Assembly: GCA_900617105.1 (NCBI GenBank)
Contig: UYFQ01000277.1
Location: forward strand, 1-49,998
Length of the DNA stretch: 49,998 nucleotides
Reading direction: 5' to 3'
Source of the DNA: Hydrurus foetidus
Lineage: Eukaryota
The notes beneath the pieces were generated by a model, which ran no database searches, had not been told where the DNA came from, and saw nothing but the letters and a program-made list of their open reading frames with translations. Every line of letters begins with the position of its first letter. Position 1 is the first letter of the stretch. The position numbers and the translations under genes were made by a program. Positions 13,272 to 26,615 of the stretch are shown piece after piece.

Positions 13272-14231
13272 ATGGGTAATGCAATTTACTCGCTCGTTTT
13301 CCAACCTCCTGAAATAACCTACATCCACGCAAGAAAGCATTTGATTTGGCTTCGAACGAAAAAAAACGCTAAAATTCCAGCCTTCTACTTGGACAGAAGA
13401 TCTAACGTGACCATAATATTTTCCCATGGTAATGCGGAGGATCTGGGAATGATATATGAGCACTGTGTCGATTTCACCAGGGAAATCAACGTTAACTTAA
13501 TAGCATATGACTATGAGGGGTATGGAAAAGCAACTGGATCACCATCTGAGATGGGATGCTATGATGACATAGATGCCGCTTATGCGTTTCTTACTGATAT
13601 ACTCCATCAGAAACCGGAGAATATAGTGCTTTACGGTCGATCTCTTGGATCTGGCCCCAGTTGCTACTTAGCGGAGAGACTTGCAAAATTAGATGTTCGT
13701 CTTGGAGGGTTAGTTCTGCAGAGTCCACTGCTATCAGTGTATAGAGTTGCATTCAATTTCCGGTTTACCATGCCAGGCGATATATTTCCCAACATTGACA
13801 GAATAGCGAATATTTCCTGCCCCCTTTTCGTGGTTCATGGCACGAGGGATGAGATTGTGCCTTTTTGGAATGGGGAAAATCTGTTTCTTGGTGCACCACC
13901 TTGCTGTCGTGCAAGGTGAAGAAGCCTTCTAAACGTGATGCCTGAAGCACTTCTCATTAAACTAACTCGAACATAAAATATATCAGGCCGCTTTGGGTTG
14001 AAGGAGCGGGTCATAATAACATTGAAATATCCATGTAAGTCAATTTTCGAGCCTCTGGATGTCAGACTGTAGCGCTCGTTGATGTGCTTGCTTAATGTTT
14101 TATTCCTTTTTTCTTTTTGTAGGGAGAACGGTTTGTTTTTTGAAAGTTATCGAGATTTCCTCACGGAGTGGGTGCCTGGATATGCCCTGTGCATCAAGAT
14201 CAGGCCTCAAGGCAACAGTACGCGCAACTAG
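13272..14231 (+). CDS. ABHD17-like alpha/beta hydrolase (depalmitoylase family), 3 exons
   Basis: SHGNAEDLG, YDYEGYG, GRSLG nucleophile elbow, HGTRDEIV and spliced VEGAGHNNIE with catalytic His. Introns at ~13916-13986 and ~14035-14122; stop TAG at 14229-14231. Confidence 0.9.
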
Positions 14232-15392
14232 AACGAACATGTCTTGGATCGAACTTCTGTTTCATAACATTTCATCGCATTTCAGCTGTCAAGAATGATC
14301 ACATTGTCGCCTTCAGTCGCGGCATCCTCCACAATTTATTTTGAATAGATGCATCTTTTGCATAATATTACTGATCATTACCTTGAGGTTGAGTAGACGA
14401 ATAGCAACATTCGTGACTGCGGCAATCCACCCTTCTATGCGTTGCAACGTACCCACGCGTACCGTTGCGTAAAATCTGTATGCTGAGGCGTATTTCCATC
14501 TAAGTTCATTATCTTGATCAACTCAAAACGCTTTTCAACTTCTAGAACAGCAGTGATTCCGTGGAACAACTCTCTTTTCTAAAAAAATGGTAAGCATTGC
14601 TATGACTGACACGCATCGTCAACAAACCGTACGTGCACCGTGCGTACGACTAGGACATGGAGTACGTACATCTTTGGAAGTGCGAAAAGTTCAAAAGTGG
14701 ACTCGGGAAGTGCAACAAGTTGACCTGAATATCAGAACCAAATAAACATGACAACATTCACCATTCATTTCTCAGTTTGTGGGAGAACGGCACCATAACC
14801 AGCCTTACTAGCAGAAAGTGCGTTGCCCTATCTATCACAAGGATGTGATTCGCACTGTATTACATAACAGCACAAGGATATTTATCGAAGGATACTCTTT
14901 CGATAACGAAGTTTCTTATTATTGAAAGAGTCCCTGCAGACCCAGCATCAAGAAGCTGTTTCCACACTCAATAATTTATCATCACCAGATGTTAATCATT
15001 TCTCATTTTTTGAAATTGGACTGGACGGTTGTCTCTATAGTGCTAAATTTCCCCCCCTCTTTCATGATAAGTTCGGCGACACTTGGTAAGCGTAGAGCCT
15101 TCAGTTAAACGTCTTCAGATTAGACTAATACTTTACTAACGCAGCGAAGAAGAGAGGAGATTCACGCAACGAAGTCGAGTTTCCGGTTCTGGTTCCGGTT
15201 CTGGGTTCCGTCATTTCATGCGTACATAAATACATACACACGCTTTCTCTTTCTCGTTTCTCAAAACGTCAGCGTCGACTTTTGACTTGGAGGAACAGTC
15301 GTCGAAGTCATCATCTCTAATCTATATGATTCACCACACTCTTGTACAAAGAAAGTGTGATCTGTCAGCTTCAACGGCCGTCCTTTTTCTTA

Positions 15393-16688
15393 ATGCTCGC
15401 CTCTCAATTGTTGCGTAGCTCCAGCTTCCGGCAACCGAGTCGGAACCTAAATGTAAATTAGCTGCCTTGCATCTGCCTTCATATCCAATTGCACATGAAG
15501 TATGGTTCTTCAATTGTCCTCTCTTCAAACAGATTTCATCGGCTTTCAATGACATGATCAGAAAATCGTTAGGAGGAAGAGAAACTGTGCTTGGATCCGC
15601 TCGGGCATTATTTTTTAATTGCAAGAATCAATCTGACCACGCGAAGTGGTATACACGTAAGTGATCAAATGCCCACCGAATACCCAATTTCGTCTGAATC
15701 ATAACTGTTATGAACCCTTCCTTTGAACCACAGATGGAAAGATTGGAGATGAATTCATATCGAAGCACACATTATTAATAACTCATGCCTGGATTATTCA
15801 CAAGCGGCTTTTAATTGAGGGAGCTGAAGGTCTTCGGACTCAAGAAGCTATGTTTGATGAGCTGTGGGAGGACACATGTGCACGTCTTCGAGCCATTGGA
15901 ATCAACGAGTTATCCATCAATAAACATCTTGGTGAAGTACAAACCCACTCTTTCAACTTTTGTATGGAACTTGATGAGGCACTGAAGAAAGAAACGGAGT
16001 CGGAGACGTTAGACGATATGGGCGGAGCTCTCTGGAGAAACGCTTATTCTTCCCGTGAAGACCTCGAGGAAGACCACATCATGGAATTTGCTAAGTGAGT
16101 ACTTCGAGAATTTTGGATGCCCGCTTCTTCATGCTGACACCTTTCTAGCGTATTTCTGAATGACTACCTTCTTTCTCTACGAAAGCTATGTTCGGAACGA
16201 ACATCTATCTATGATGGAAATTCCTTACGAAGCTGTGAGGGGTGGTCGCATCACATGGAGTCCACCCCCACAGTGGAGGAAGGGCGGCAAAGATGAAGGA
16301 AAGGACTGGGGATCTATTCATGCAGTTGACCCAGGTACGGTACATCGAACAGTCGTAAATTATTTGAGATGCCACCAATTGCTAAATTGTACTTCCATTT
16401 TGCCTGATATGCAACCCATTAACAAATCGCACTGCTGGTGCAATGCTTTCTCATCAACTTTGCTACAGAGGGCGTGTGGGTGGCTGCCTTATCGAGTGGC
16501 GGTAAGACCTACTACTGGTGAGACGGAGACATCTAGAGAGGAAAATAATTTCGATTTTTCTTCAAACGACAAAATCATTTGTTTCACTGGCGAAATAATC
16601 GTGAAATTAATCATTTCTCAACTTTTTTAAAACTAGGAATACGCTTACACGGAAATCTCAATGGGAAAATCCTGTGGCAACGAAATAA
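15393..16688 (+). CDS. Ubiquinol-cytochrome c reductase assembly chaperone (CBP3/UQCC1 family) with C-terminal WW domain, ~6 exons
   Basis: Exon 1 MLASQLLRSSSFRQPSRNLN resembles a mitochondrial presequence. Core KHTLLITHAWIIHKRL...QEAMFDELWEDTCARLRAIG...GALWRN matches CBP3-family motifs. The last exons splice to WVAALSSGGKTYYWNTLTRKSQWENP. Confidence 0.8.
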
Positions 16689-17108
16689 GTAAACTTCATC
16701 ATCCAGACAGTCAGCTATTGAAAGTCGTACTGTGAACAACTTTAATGAGCAATCGTCAACATTCTATAAGTCTAATAACACATCTTATGGAACTTCTGTC
16801 ACACCTGCTGAATGATATGACACACCGTGTGGTGGCAATTTTACCCAAGTATCATTTTTCTTTTGACCCATCATCTCTCACGAGAACATCGTGAAGTGAC
16901 ATTATAAATACTGACAAGTTAATCTTCCCTTCAGAAATGAGAGAATCTTGCTTTTCCTGCGTACTCACTCAATCCAACTGCATTCGGCGAACAGTTGCCC
17001 TGATCCTACGTTCGATAAATTTATGCGATCACGGTTACTGAACAATTCAGCACGCGAAAGGTCTATCATCGTTTTTAAACAGGTAAAGTGCAGCACGACA
17101 TGGCGGAG

Positions 17109-18382
17109 CTAGAGTAGCGCCCACGATAAAAGTATTCCTGCTAATGGAACGGAGATATTGTCGTCACCTGCACAGTGATGAACAGAATAGTCGGGTAAGT
17201 GCCAACAACGTGATATGTGACCGTATGAGTCAAATCAAATCAAAGATGATCGTGACATTGTCACCACGACGATGTTGATGATATCTAACCTATCGGAATC
17301 AGCTCTACTAACGCGCAGAGAACAGAAATCAGCAACAGCTGAGGAAGCTTCGTTGCAACGTCGAATCCAATCATGGCTCCTGTTGCTGACAAATAATATA
17401 GTAGGGAAGAACAGACTGTGAATGCGCCAATCACGAAAGCAGCAGATCCAATTAAGCTCTTTTTCTCAGAGAAAGGCCATTTAACTGATCCAAATCTCCT
17501 GTATTTTGAACAGTGAAGAGATTGCATTAGGATATCATGAACCACCAACACTAGGGAATCACAGATTCGAAGAGTCAGTACCTCCCAACAATATCAGCAA
17601 TACCATCGCCAGCAGCCATTTGACAAATTGCAACAACACCAATTGGAGAGTTGCGAAAAAATAAAAGAGTGCCGAGGAAGAGGACAACAGTGTACAGCAA
17701 AGGACCTCCCAGCGCTTCAGATTTTGAGCCTGATCTAGATTAATAGGCAGAAAAAGGGGGGCGATTGAAAGCACCGTCATTACAGGGGAACCTTGAGTCT
17801 CTCTAGAGCAAATATTTATTGCAGATTATGGCTTCCGTACCTCGAAATCGCATTAACTAAATCATTTGTTACTGTTTCTGGCGTATCGTCAATTGTTCGA
17901 ACTGCAGTTGCGCTGCCTTTGTCAGATTTTGTGCCCGCTAGATAAAGCCTAAAGCAGCAAGAGATTGATCAACCGACAGTAGTTGTGACCAGATTAGATG
18001 AATAAACATGTATGGCTTCTGCCAATTTCATCCATCACCTTGTCAACTGAATGAAAGGTATTGAGGCTGCTATAGCTCTTGAAGTTATCCCATTAGAAGA
18101 ATAAAGAGGCCAAAGTAGGATGAAGAGGGGGCCACTGCCGCAATGAATGATTTTACGGGACAAACGTGGATCTATCTTGCCTTCTTTTGCCAATGTTATC
18201 CATATTTGCAACCAAGCGATGGAGCCTCCCAGAGCAGCACAGCTAGATAAAACATCCTGACTGATCGGATCTATTGCTGTTCTAATCGTAATCAACTTTC
18301 TAATCTTGACAGGCGATAGCTGCCGAAACGCCGATGAGATGCTCAGACTCCCCAAAGCAAGCAATAACGGTAACAGTATCAT
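17109..18382 (-). CDS. VTE5: Phytol kinase (VTE5-like, CTP-dependent polyprenol kinase family), plastid-targeted, multi-exon
   Basis: Signal peptide plus SSA-F motif (MILLPLLLALGSLSISSAF). Motifs SRKIIHCGSGPLF, GPLLY, GDGIADIVG, KKSLIGSAAF and final exon DDNISVP; stop at 17109-17111. Confidence 0.85.
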
Positions 18383-18932
18383 TTCAAGAGGCCTTTCAAG
18401 AGGCCAACCGCACAAAAAATAACGTCTCAAATTTCACCCCACATCAATGAATTAGTGACCGGAGAAATTTCCGCCTCTCGAGATGCAACAATCCTCTCTG
18501 TACCAGTGGTGCGATATTCGATCATTATCAGTTATCAGATGTTGATATTGCACTATGCACTATGTACTTGATATTGGGGACTTATGTATCTTATCAGCAG
18601 AGGGTGTCATAACGTTTAGGGTGTCAGCTTGTCTACCCTCGATGGGAAGAAAATAAAGTAAAATGCCCGGTTTTTACGAACATTTTTACCCGGAATTCTA
18701 GGCAGTTACGAAGCCTGGAGCTTCGTAAAAGCGATTTATCGGAAATAACATTGTAGTGTGTTTGTCACTCATATTTTCAAATTAATTAAATTAACTGTAT
18801 TTTACGAAACCAAATATTTCGTGGTGACGTAGCATAAAATAGTGACAACATAGTGACAACGCGTGCACTAACAGCATACCTTATACGTGACCTCTACGAT
18901 AGTCTCAGCAGAGCTCGCATTCAAACCGCAAA

Positions 18933-21129
18933 ATGGATGACCTTGACAATGATGAAACCGACTTAGCAGAGGCAATCATTGATGGTCGAAAATGCGACAA
19001 CACAAAGAAGCAATATCAGCGAAAGTTTGAGCACTTTCGTGCATGGATGGAAGAGAAATACCCCCAGTGCTTACGTGATGATGACAATACGATCGATTTA
19101 CCGACGGTTGAAAAGAGTCATTTAGTGCAGTTTTTTGGCCACATCTGCAAAAAGAAGTCTAAAACTGGTGAATATATATCGCCTGTGCAGTACCAGTCAT
19201 TTCAACATGTCAGCGGATACAAGAGTGCAATAAAGGATTATTTCGGTAACCAAGATTGCAATATTAAGGAAGAAATAGAAAAGTTTTTCAAAAAGTTCAC
19301 TGGTGGATATATGAGAAAAGTAGCAGGACTCAAACAGGATGGCGAGATGTCAATCGTCGAGGGCAAGATGCCAATGTCTTTTAGAGGATACAAGTTTCTA
19401 GCTGCAAAAGCTACAATCGACAAGGGAGGGGACGACGACGAAAAACTTTCGATTTTTTCGCATTTCTTTCTACTCATGTGCTGGAACTTGATCGCAAGAT
19501 GCGTATCAGTGGGGTCTTTAATGTACAATCATATCTCGTGGGAGAATGACTCGTTGGTGATTGTATTCCCATCTCACAAGGGAGACAAGGACGGCAAGAA
19601 AGCATTGCCTAAACACGTCTATGCAAATACACTCGAGCCAGCAGTATGCCCAATTTTAAGCTTCGCGATATACTTGTTTACAAAAGGTTACGACAGGGAG
19701 GGTTCGAAAACGACTATATTCGCTGGAGATGCAGAGAGCAGATTCAGTAAATGGTTGAAAAAGGTGTGTGAAGTCAACAAGGAGGTTTTACAGAATCAGG
19801 GAGTTGATATTTCAATGATCGGTACCCATTCCTTTCGAAAAGGAATAGCGTCATTTCTCAGCGGAACTCCAGGTGGACCGACAGCTATCGCAATTTATTT
19901 ACGCGCGGGTTGGAGTCTAGGTCCAGTGCAATCCAGATACATACTGGAAGGGGAAGGTGGGGATCAAGTGTGCGGCAGGGCTGCAACTGGCCTTCCGCTG
20001 ACGGATGTGGCATTTGCTAACCTACCTGCTCATTTCTTGACTCTAGATAGCGGACTTACTACGGCGGAATGGGAGGAGATTTTACCGGGCTACACAACAT
20101 ATTATCCACTCAGCTTTCGAGAGGTAGTGCCCTTTCTCTTGGCATCACTTGTTCATCATCGGCCTTATCTCTTGGAAGTGCAAGCCAAGCACCCAAGACA
20201 TCCGCTGTTTTTGCAGAGAATATGGACAGGAGGGATTCTTGAGAGGCTACAAGATAAAGTCAGCGCAGGATGTAACCGCAATCCAATCAGTAAAATGTTC
20301 GCGACAGGTGTTCCACCTCACCTGGTGCTAGCGAATCGTATGGCAGACATGCAGAAAGGGATGGATGCCATAAGATTAGAGGTCATATCTAAGCTCGAAG
20401 CGTTACCAGAGGCGTTGAAACAGAGTATGCTACAGAATTTTCAAATCGATGGTACAGTACCCATCACTCACCTTCAAGTTGTCGATATGATGGAAAGCCT
20501 GCGGATCTCTATACAGAATACCGTCCAATCTGCACTGCTTCAGAATCAGATAGCCTCTTCGGCACCAGCAGCTACTGTACCCCCGATCGTAACTGGCACT
20601 GACACTCTCTCCACGATCACGACTTACCGAACATGGACATGGAACTCGAGAATTCATCCTGTTCCAATCGAGTTCCGATTTCCAAAGTAAGTGTCGCTCT
20701 GTAGAAATTAACAGCAACAATGATAACAATCATTCCTTTGTCAATCTTAGGTGCAATGTCCGCACTCTCTGGGATTTGTGGCTTTTCGGAAACATCACCG
20801 AGAACATAGCCCCTTACAGGATGCTTCACGTCTGGGACTTGGGTACGAAGACCGACTCTTCACTACTATCAAAGGGAGCGAAAGTAATCCAAAAGCTAGA
20901 GCAGATCGCAACAGAGAATGAACCAGGCCTACAGCTGAGGCAGTTGAGCGTAGCTGCATCGAGAGCAGTATTTGCCTCGGCATTTAACGCCCTCAGCATT
21001 TTGGTATCAACAAGCGCGTCAATCGAGGACATCGATCGCCGACACTATGGCGAATCCAGTTACCTCACTATATATGATCTAATCAGTAAAATGAAAAAAA
21101 GAACCTCCGCTCAAGCTGCTTTGAATTAA
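18933..21129 (+). CDS. Crypton tyrosine recombinase, copy 1 (intact, ~710 aa, one 64-bp intron at 20687-20750)
   Basis: Catalytic R-K-HxxR-W-Y set: WNLIAR, SHKGD, GTHSFRKG, RAGWS, VQSRY. Splicing AA|GTAAG...TTAG|G joins the 585-aa ORF in frame to the 117-aa ORF (...PIEFRFPKCNVRTLWDLWLFGN), like the C-terminus of oomycete Crypton proteins. Confidence 0.88.
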
Positions 21130-21420
21130 TTTTGCGTTTACATGTTGCAGCACTGGTCCTGATGAAGTGACATCGACACTACCTTGATACATTTCTATTT
21201 ATTCATGCTTGTAAAACTTAAACAGTGAGGTGATACCATGCAACTTGTTTGCTCAAAGTATGCTGTCGAAGAAGCGATGAAAAAAGTTGGTTTGATACCT
21301 ATTGGCCTCAGCACACAACAGAAAGTAGTTAGGATTACAGAATATAGTCGGCAACGACTTAGCAACTTTGAAGAAGTTTCGATGCAACGTTAACTAGCCA
21401 GTGATGCATTTAACAGGAGT

Positions 21421-21760
21421 CCATCAGACAGCGGCAGTCGAAACGACACAGTAACAACAGTAACCGTAAGTATTCAGTGATACATTTGACTGTCGTCCAT
21501 CAGAGAGCGGCAGTTGAAATGACACAGTGACAACAGTAACAGTAAGTATCCAGAGATGCAGTTGTGCAGTTGCGATGCATGAGATTGATGAGACATACAG
21601 CAGCATCAGGAATGACTCGACGACAACAGTAACAAAGGCATCCAGTAATGCATTTGATTGTCAACAGTCCGACTCAAGCAGTCGAAATGACACAGCGACA
21701 AGTAGCAAGTAATACTCATAGATACTACAGGTGTCGCCCATCAGACAACAGCCGACTCGC
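21421..21760. repeat. Degenerate ~76-bp tandem repeat in the Crypton 3' region (also at ~25262 and ~29103)
   Basis: CCATCAGACAGCGGCAGTCGAAACGACACAGTAACAACAGTAACCGTAAGTA at 21421 recurs at 21497, with more diverged copies to ~21760. Confidence 0.7.
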
Positions 21761-22774
21761 TTGGCGACAGCACTGTCGCTGTTGCAGCAGCAGTAATAAA
21801 TCAGCGATGATAAAATAATCGAGTAGCCAGTGCTACATCAGACAGCAGCACAACGTTGCGCACAACGTTGTGGAAGGAGCCGCGTATGCTGTCGCTCTCG
21901 ACTAGCGCTCGATCATGATATTAATCCAGTGCCCTGCGTTTCAAATTTTGCCAGCGTTTTGTTAGAGATCGTTAGAATATGGCTTGTACTACAGGGATCA
22001 AAATTTCAGATTAAATATGATAAAGATTGTGCGAGCTACCATCAGTGAGCTGCATGTTCGATATGACAGGTTGACCGCGATGACAATTTAAGGAATCCAT
22101 TCCGGCGAGAGCTGAGGTCATGTGATCAGCGATTGAATGAAACTCTGTCGGCAACGAATGGCGCCTCTGCGGCGGTGATAATCTCCCTCAACGACGGAAG
22201 GGAATTTAAGGGGCGCTATTCACAACCTAGCGTCAGCCAAATGTCCGCAAGAGAGCCACCGCAACGATATCTGAAAATAGCCAGAAACGGCTCCATCGAA
22301 GAAATTCAAAATCCCAATGAAAGAAGTTCTTCATCCCGCGTTTCGAAGTGAGGAGATATGAGAGTTGGATGATCTGTGGAGTAAATGTCTTCATCTTCGT
22401 GAAGAACGGAAGTCCAAGCAATACCTGAAAAGAATTACACGGTATTTATGATGTCCCCAAAGGGGTTACTTCGTAGAAGTTTCGTGATGGCGTGGGTTAT
22501 TAAAATGCCCGGTTTTTACGAACATTTTTACCCGGAATTCTAGGCAGTTACGAAGCCTGGAGCTTCGTAAAAGCGATTTATCGGAAATAACATTGTAGTG
22601 TGTTTGTCACTCATATTTTCAAATTAATTAAATTAACTGTATTTTACGAAACCAAATATTTCGTGGTGACGTAGCATAAAATAGTGACAACATAGTGACA
22701 ACGCGTGCACTAACAGCATACCTTATACGTGACCTCTACGATAGTCTCAGCAGAGCTCGCATTCAAACCGCAAA

Positions 22775-24970
22775 ATGGATGACCTTGACAATGATGAAAC
22801 CGACTTAGCAGAGGCAATCATTGATGGTCGAAAATGCGACAACACAAAGAAGCAATATCAGCGAAAGTTTGAGCACTTTCGTGCATGGATGGAAGAGAAA
22901 TACCCCCAGTGCTTACGTGATGATGACAATACGATCGATTTACCGACGGTTGAAAAGAGTCATTTAGTGCAGTTTTTTGGCCACATCTGCAAAAAGAAGT
23001 CTAAAACTGGTGAATATATATCGCCTGTGCAGTACCAGTCATTTCAACATGTCAGCGGATACAAGAGTGCAATAAAGGATTATTTCGGTAACCAAGATTG
23101 CAATATTAAGGAAGAAATAGAAAAGTTTTTCAAAAAGTTCACTGGTGGATATATGAGAAAAGTAGCAGGACTCAAACAGGATGGCGAGATGTCAATCGTC
23201 GAGGGCAAGATGCCAATGTCTTTTAGAGGATACAAGTTTCTAGCTGCAAAAGCTACAATCGACAAGGGAGGGGACGACGACGAAAAACTTTCGATTTTTT
23301 CGCATTTCTTTCTACTCATGTGCTGGAACTTGATCGCAAGATGCGTATCAGTGGGGTCTTTAATGTACAATCATATCTCGTGGGAGAATGACTCGTTGGT
23401 GATTGTATTCCCATCTCACAAGGGAGACAAGGACGGCAAGAAAGCATTGCCTAAACACGTCTATGCAAATACACTCGAGCCAGCAGTATGCCCAATTTTA
23501 AGCTTCGCGATATACTTGTTTACAAAAGGTTACGACAGGGAGGGTTCGAAAACGACTATATTCGCTGGAGATGCAGAGAGCAGATTCAGTAAATGGTTGA
23601 AAAAGGTGTGTGAAGTCAACAAGGAGGTTTTACAGAATCAGGGAGTTGATATTTCAATGATCGGTACCCATTCCTTTCGAAAAGGAATAGCGTCATTTCT
23701 CAGCGGAACTCCAGGTGGACCGACAGCTATCGCAATTTATTTACGCGCGGGTTGGAGTCTAGGTCCAGTGCAATCCAGATACATACTGGAAGGGGAAGGT
23801 GGGGATCAAGTGTGCGGCAGGGCTGCAACTGGCCTTCCGCTGACGGATGTGGCATTTGCTAACCTACCTGCTCATTTCTTGACTCTAGATAGCGGACTTA
23901 CTACGGCGGAATGGGAGGAGATTTTACCGGGCTACACAACATATTATCCACTCAGCTTTCGAGAGGTAGTGCCCTTTCTCTTGGCATCACTTGTTCATCA
24001 TCGGCCTTATCTCTTGGAAGTGCAAGCCAAGCACCCAAGACATCCGCTGTTTTGCAGAGAATATGGACAGGAGGGATTCTTGAGAGGCTACAAGATAAAG
24101 TCAGCGCAGGATGTAACCGCAATCCAATCAGTAAAATGTTCGCGACAGGTGTTCCACCTCACCTGGTGCTAGCGAATCGTATGGCAGACATGCAGAAAGG
24201 GATGGATGCCATAAGATTAGAGGTCATATCTAAGCTCGAAGCGTTACCAGAGGCGTTGAAACAGAGTATGCTACAGAATTTTCAAATCGATGGTACAGTA
24301 CCCATCACTCACCTTCAAGTTGTCGATATGATGGAAAGCCTGCGGATCTCTATACAGAATACCGTCCAATCTGCACTGCTTCAGAATCAGATAGCCTCTT
24401 CGGCACCAGCAGCTACTGTACCCCCGATCGTAACTGGCACTGACACTCTCTCCACGATCACGACTTACCGAACATGGACATGGAACTCGAGAATTCATCC
24501 TGTTCCAATCGAGTTCCGATTTCCAAAGTAAGTGTCGCTCTGTAGAAATTAACAGCAACAATGATAACAATCATTCCTTTGTCAATCTTAGGTGCAATGT
24601 CCGCACTCTCTGGGATTTGTGGCTTTTCGGAAACATCACCGAGAACATAGCCCCTTACAGGATGCTTCACGTCTGGGACTTGGGTACGAAGACCGACTCT
24701 TCACTACTATCAAAGGGAGCGAAAGTAATCCAAAAGCTAGAGCAGATCGCAACAGAGAATGAACCAGGCCTACAGCTGAGGCAGTTGAGCGTAGCTGCAT
24801 CGAGAGCAGTATTTGCCTCGGCATTTAACGCCCTCAGCATTTTGGTATCAACAAGCGCGTCAATCGAGGACATCGATCGCCGACACTATGGCGAATCCAG
24901 TTACCTCACTATATATGATCTAATCAGTAAAATGAAAAAAAGAACCTCCGCTCAAGCTGCTTTGAATTAA
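22775..24970 (+). pseudogene. Crypton tyrosine recombinase, copy 2 (frameshifted as assembled)
   Basis: Same as copy 1 except T5->T4 at 24050-24053, which splits the ORF after the catalytic domain. May be a consensus error. Confidence 0.75.
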
Positions 24971-26615
24971 TTTTGCGTTTACATGTTGCAGCACTGGTCC
25001 TGATGAAGTGACATCGACACTACCTTGATACATTTCTATTTATTCATGCTTGTAAAACTTAAACAGTGAGGTGATACCATGCAACTTGTTTGCTCAAAGT
25101 ATGCTGTCGAAGAAGCGATGAAAAAAGTTGGTTTGATACCTATTGGCCTCAGCACACAACAGAAAGTAGTTAGGATTACAGAATATAGTCGGCAACGACT
25201 TAGCAACTTTGAAGAAGTTTCGATGCAACGTTAACTAGCCAGTGATGCATTTAACAGGAGTCCATCAGACAGCGGCAGTCGAAACGACACAGTAACAACA
25301 GTAACCGTAAGTATTCAGTGATACATTTGACTGTCGTCCATCAGAGAGCGGCAGTTGAAATGACACAGTGACAACAGTAACAGTAAGTATCCAGAGATGC
25401 AGTTGTGCAGTTGCGATGCATGAGATTGATGAGACATACAGCAGCATCAGGAATGACTCGACGACAACAGTAACAAAGGCATCCAGTAATGCATTTGATT
25501 GTCAACAGTCCGACTCAAGCAGTCGAAATGACACAGCGACAAGTAGCAAGTAATACTCATAGATACTACAGGTGTCGCCCATCAGACAACAGCCGACTCG
25601 CTTGGCGACAGCACTGTCGCTGTTGCAGCAGCAGTAATAAATCAGCGATGATAAAATAATCGAGTAGCCAGTGCTACATCAGACAGCAGCACAACGTTGC
25701 GCACAACGTTGTGGAAGGAGCCGCGTATGCTGTCGCTCTCGACTAGCGCTCGATCATGATATTAATCCAGTGCCCTGCGTTTCAAATTTTGCCAGCGTTT
25801 TGTTAGAGATCGTTAGAATATGGCTTGTACTACAGGGATCAAAATTTCAGATTAAATATGATAAAGATTGTGCGAGCTACCATCAGTGAGCTGCATGTTC
25901 GATATGACAGGTTGACCGCGATGACAATTTAAGGAATCCATTCCGGCGAGAGCTGAGGTCATGTGATCAGCGATTGAATGAAACTCTGTCGGCAACGAAT
26001 GGCGCCTCTGCGGCGGTGATAATCTCCCTCAACGACGGAAGGGAATTTAAGGGGCGCTATTCACAACCTAGCGTCAGCCAAATGTCCGCAAGAGAGCCAC
26101 CGCAACGATATCTGAAAATAGCCAGAAACGGCTCCATCGAAGAAATTCAAAATCCCAATGAAAGAAGTTCTTCATCCCGCGTTTCGAAGTGAGGAGATAT
26201 GAGAGTTGGATGATCTGTGGAGTAAATGTCTTCATCTTCGTGAAGAACGGAAGTCCAAGCAATACCTGAAAAGAATTACACGGTATTTATGATGTCCCCA
26301 AAGGGGTTACTTCGTAGAAGTTTCGTGATGGCGTGGGTTATTAAAATGCCCGGTTTTTACGAACATTTTTACCCGGAATTCTAGGCAGTTACGAAGCCTG
26401 GAGCTTCGTAAAAGCGATTTATCGGAAATAACATTGTAGTGTGTTTGTCACTCATATTTTCAAATTAATTAAATTAACTGTATTTTACGAAACCAAATAT
26501 TTCGTGGTGACGTAGCATAAAATAGTGACAACATAGTGACAACGCGTGCACTAACAGCATACCTTATACGTGACCTCTACGATAGTCTCAGCAGAGCTCG
26601 CATTCAAACCGCAAA

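Noticed and set aside
18933..20690. Prophage or bacterial integrase, or a DIRS retroelement
   Set aside because: The gene has a spliceosomal intron, there are no phage genes or RT/RNase H in the unit, and the motifs fit stramenopile Cryptons.
21421..21760. CRISPR-like array
   Set aside because: The units are degenerate tandem repeats without unique spacers; no cas genes; eukaryotic context.
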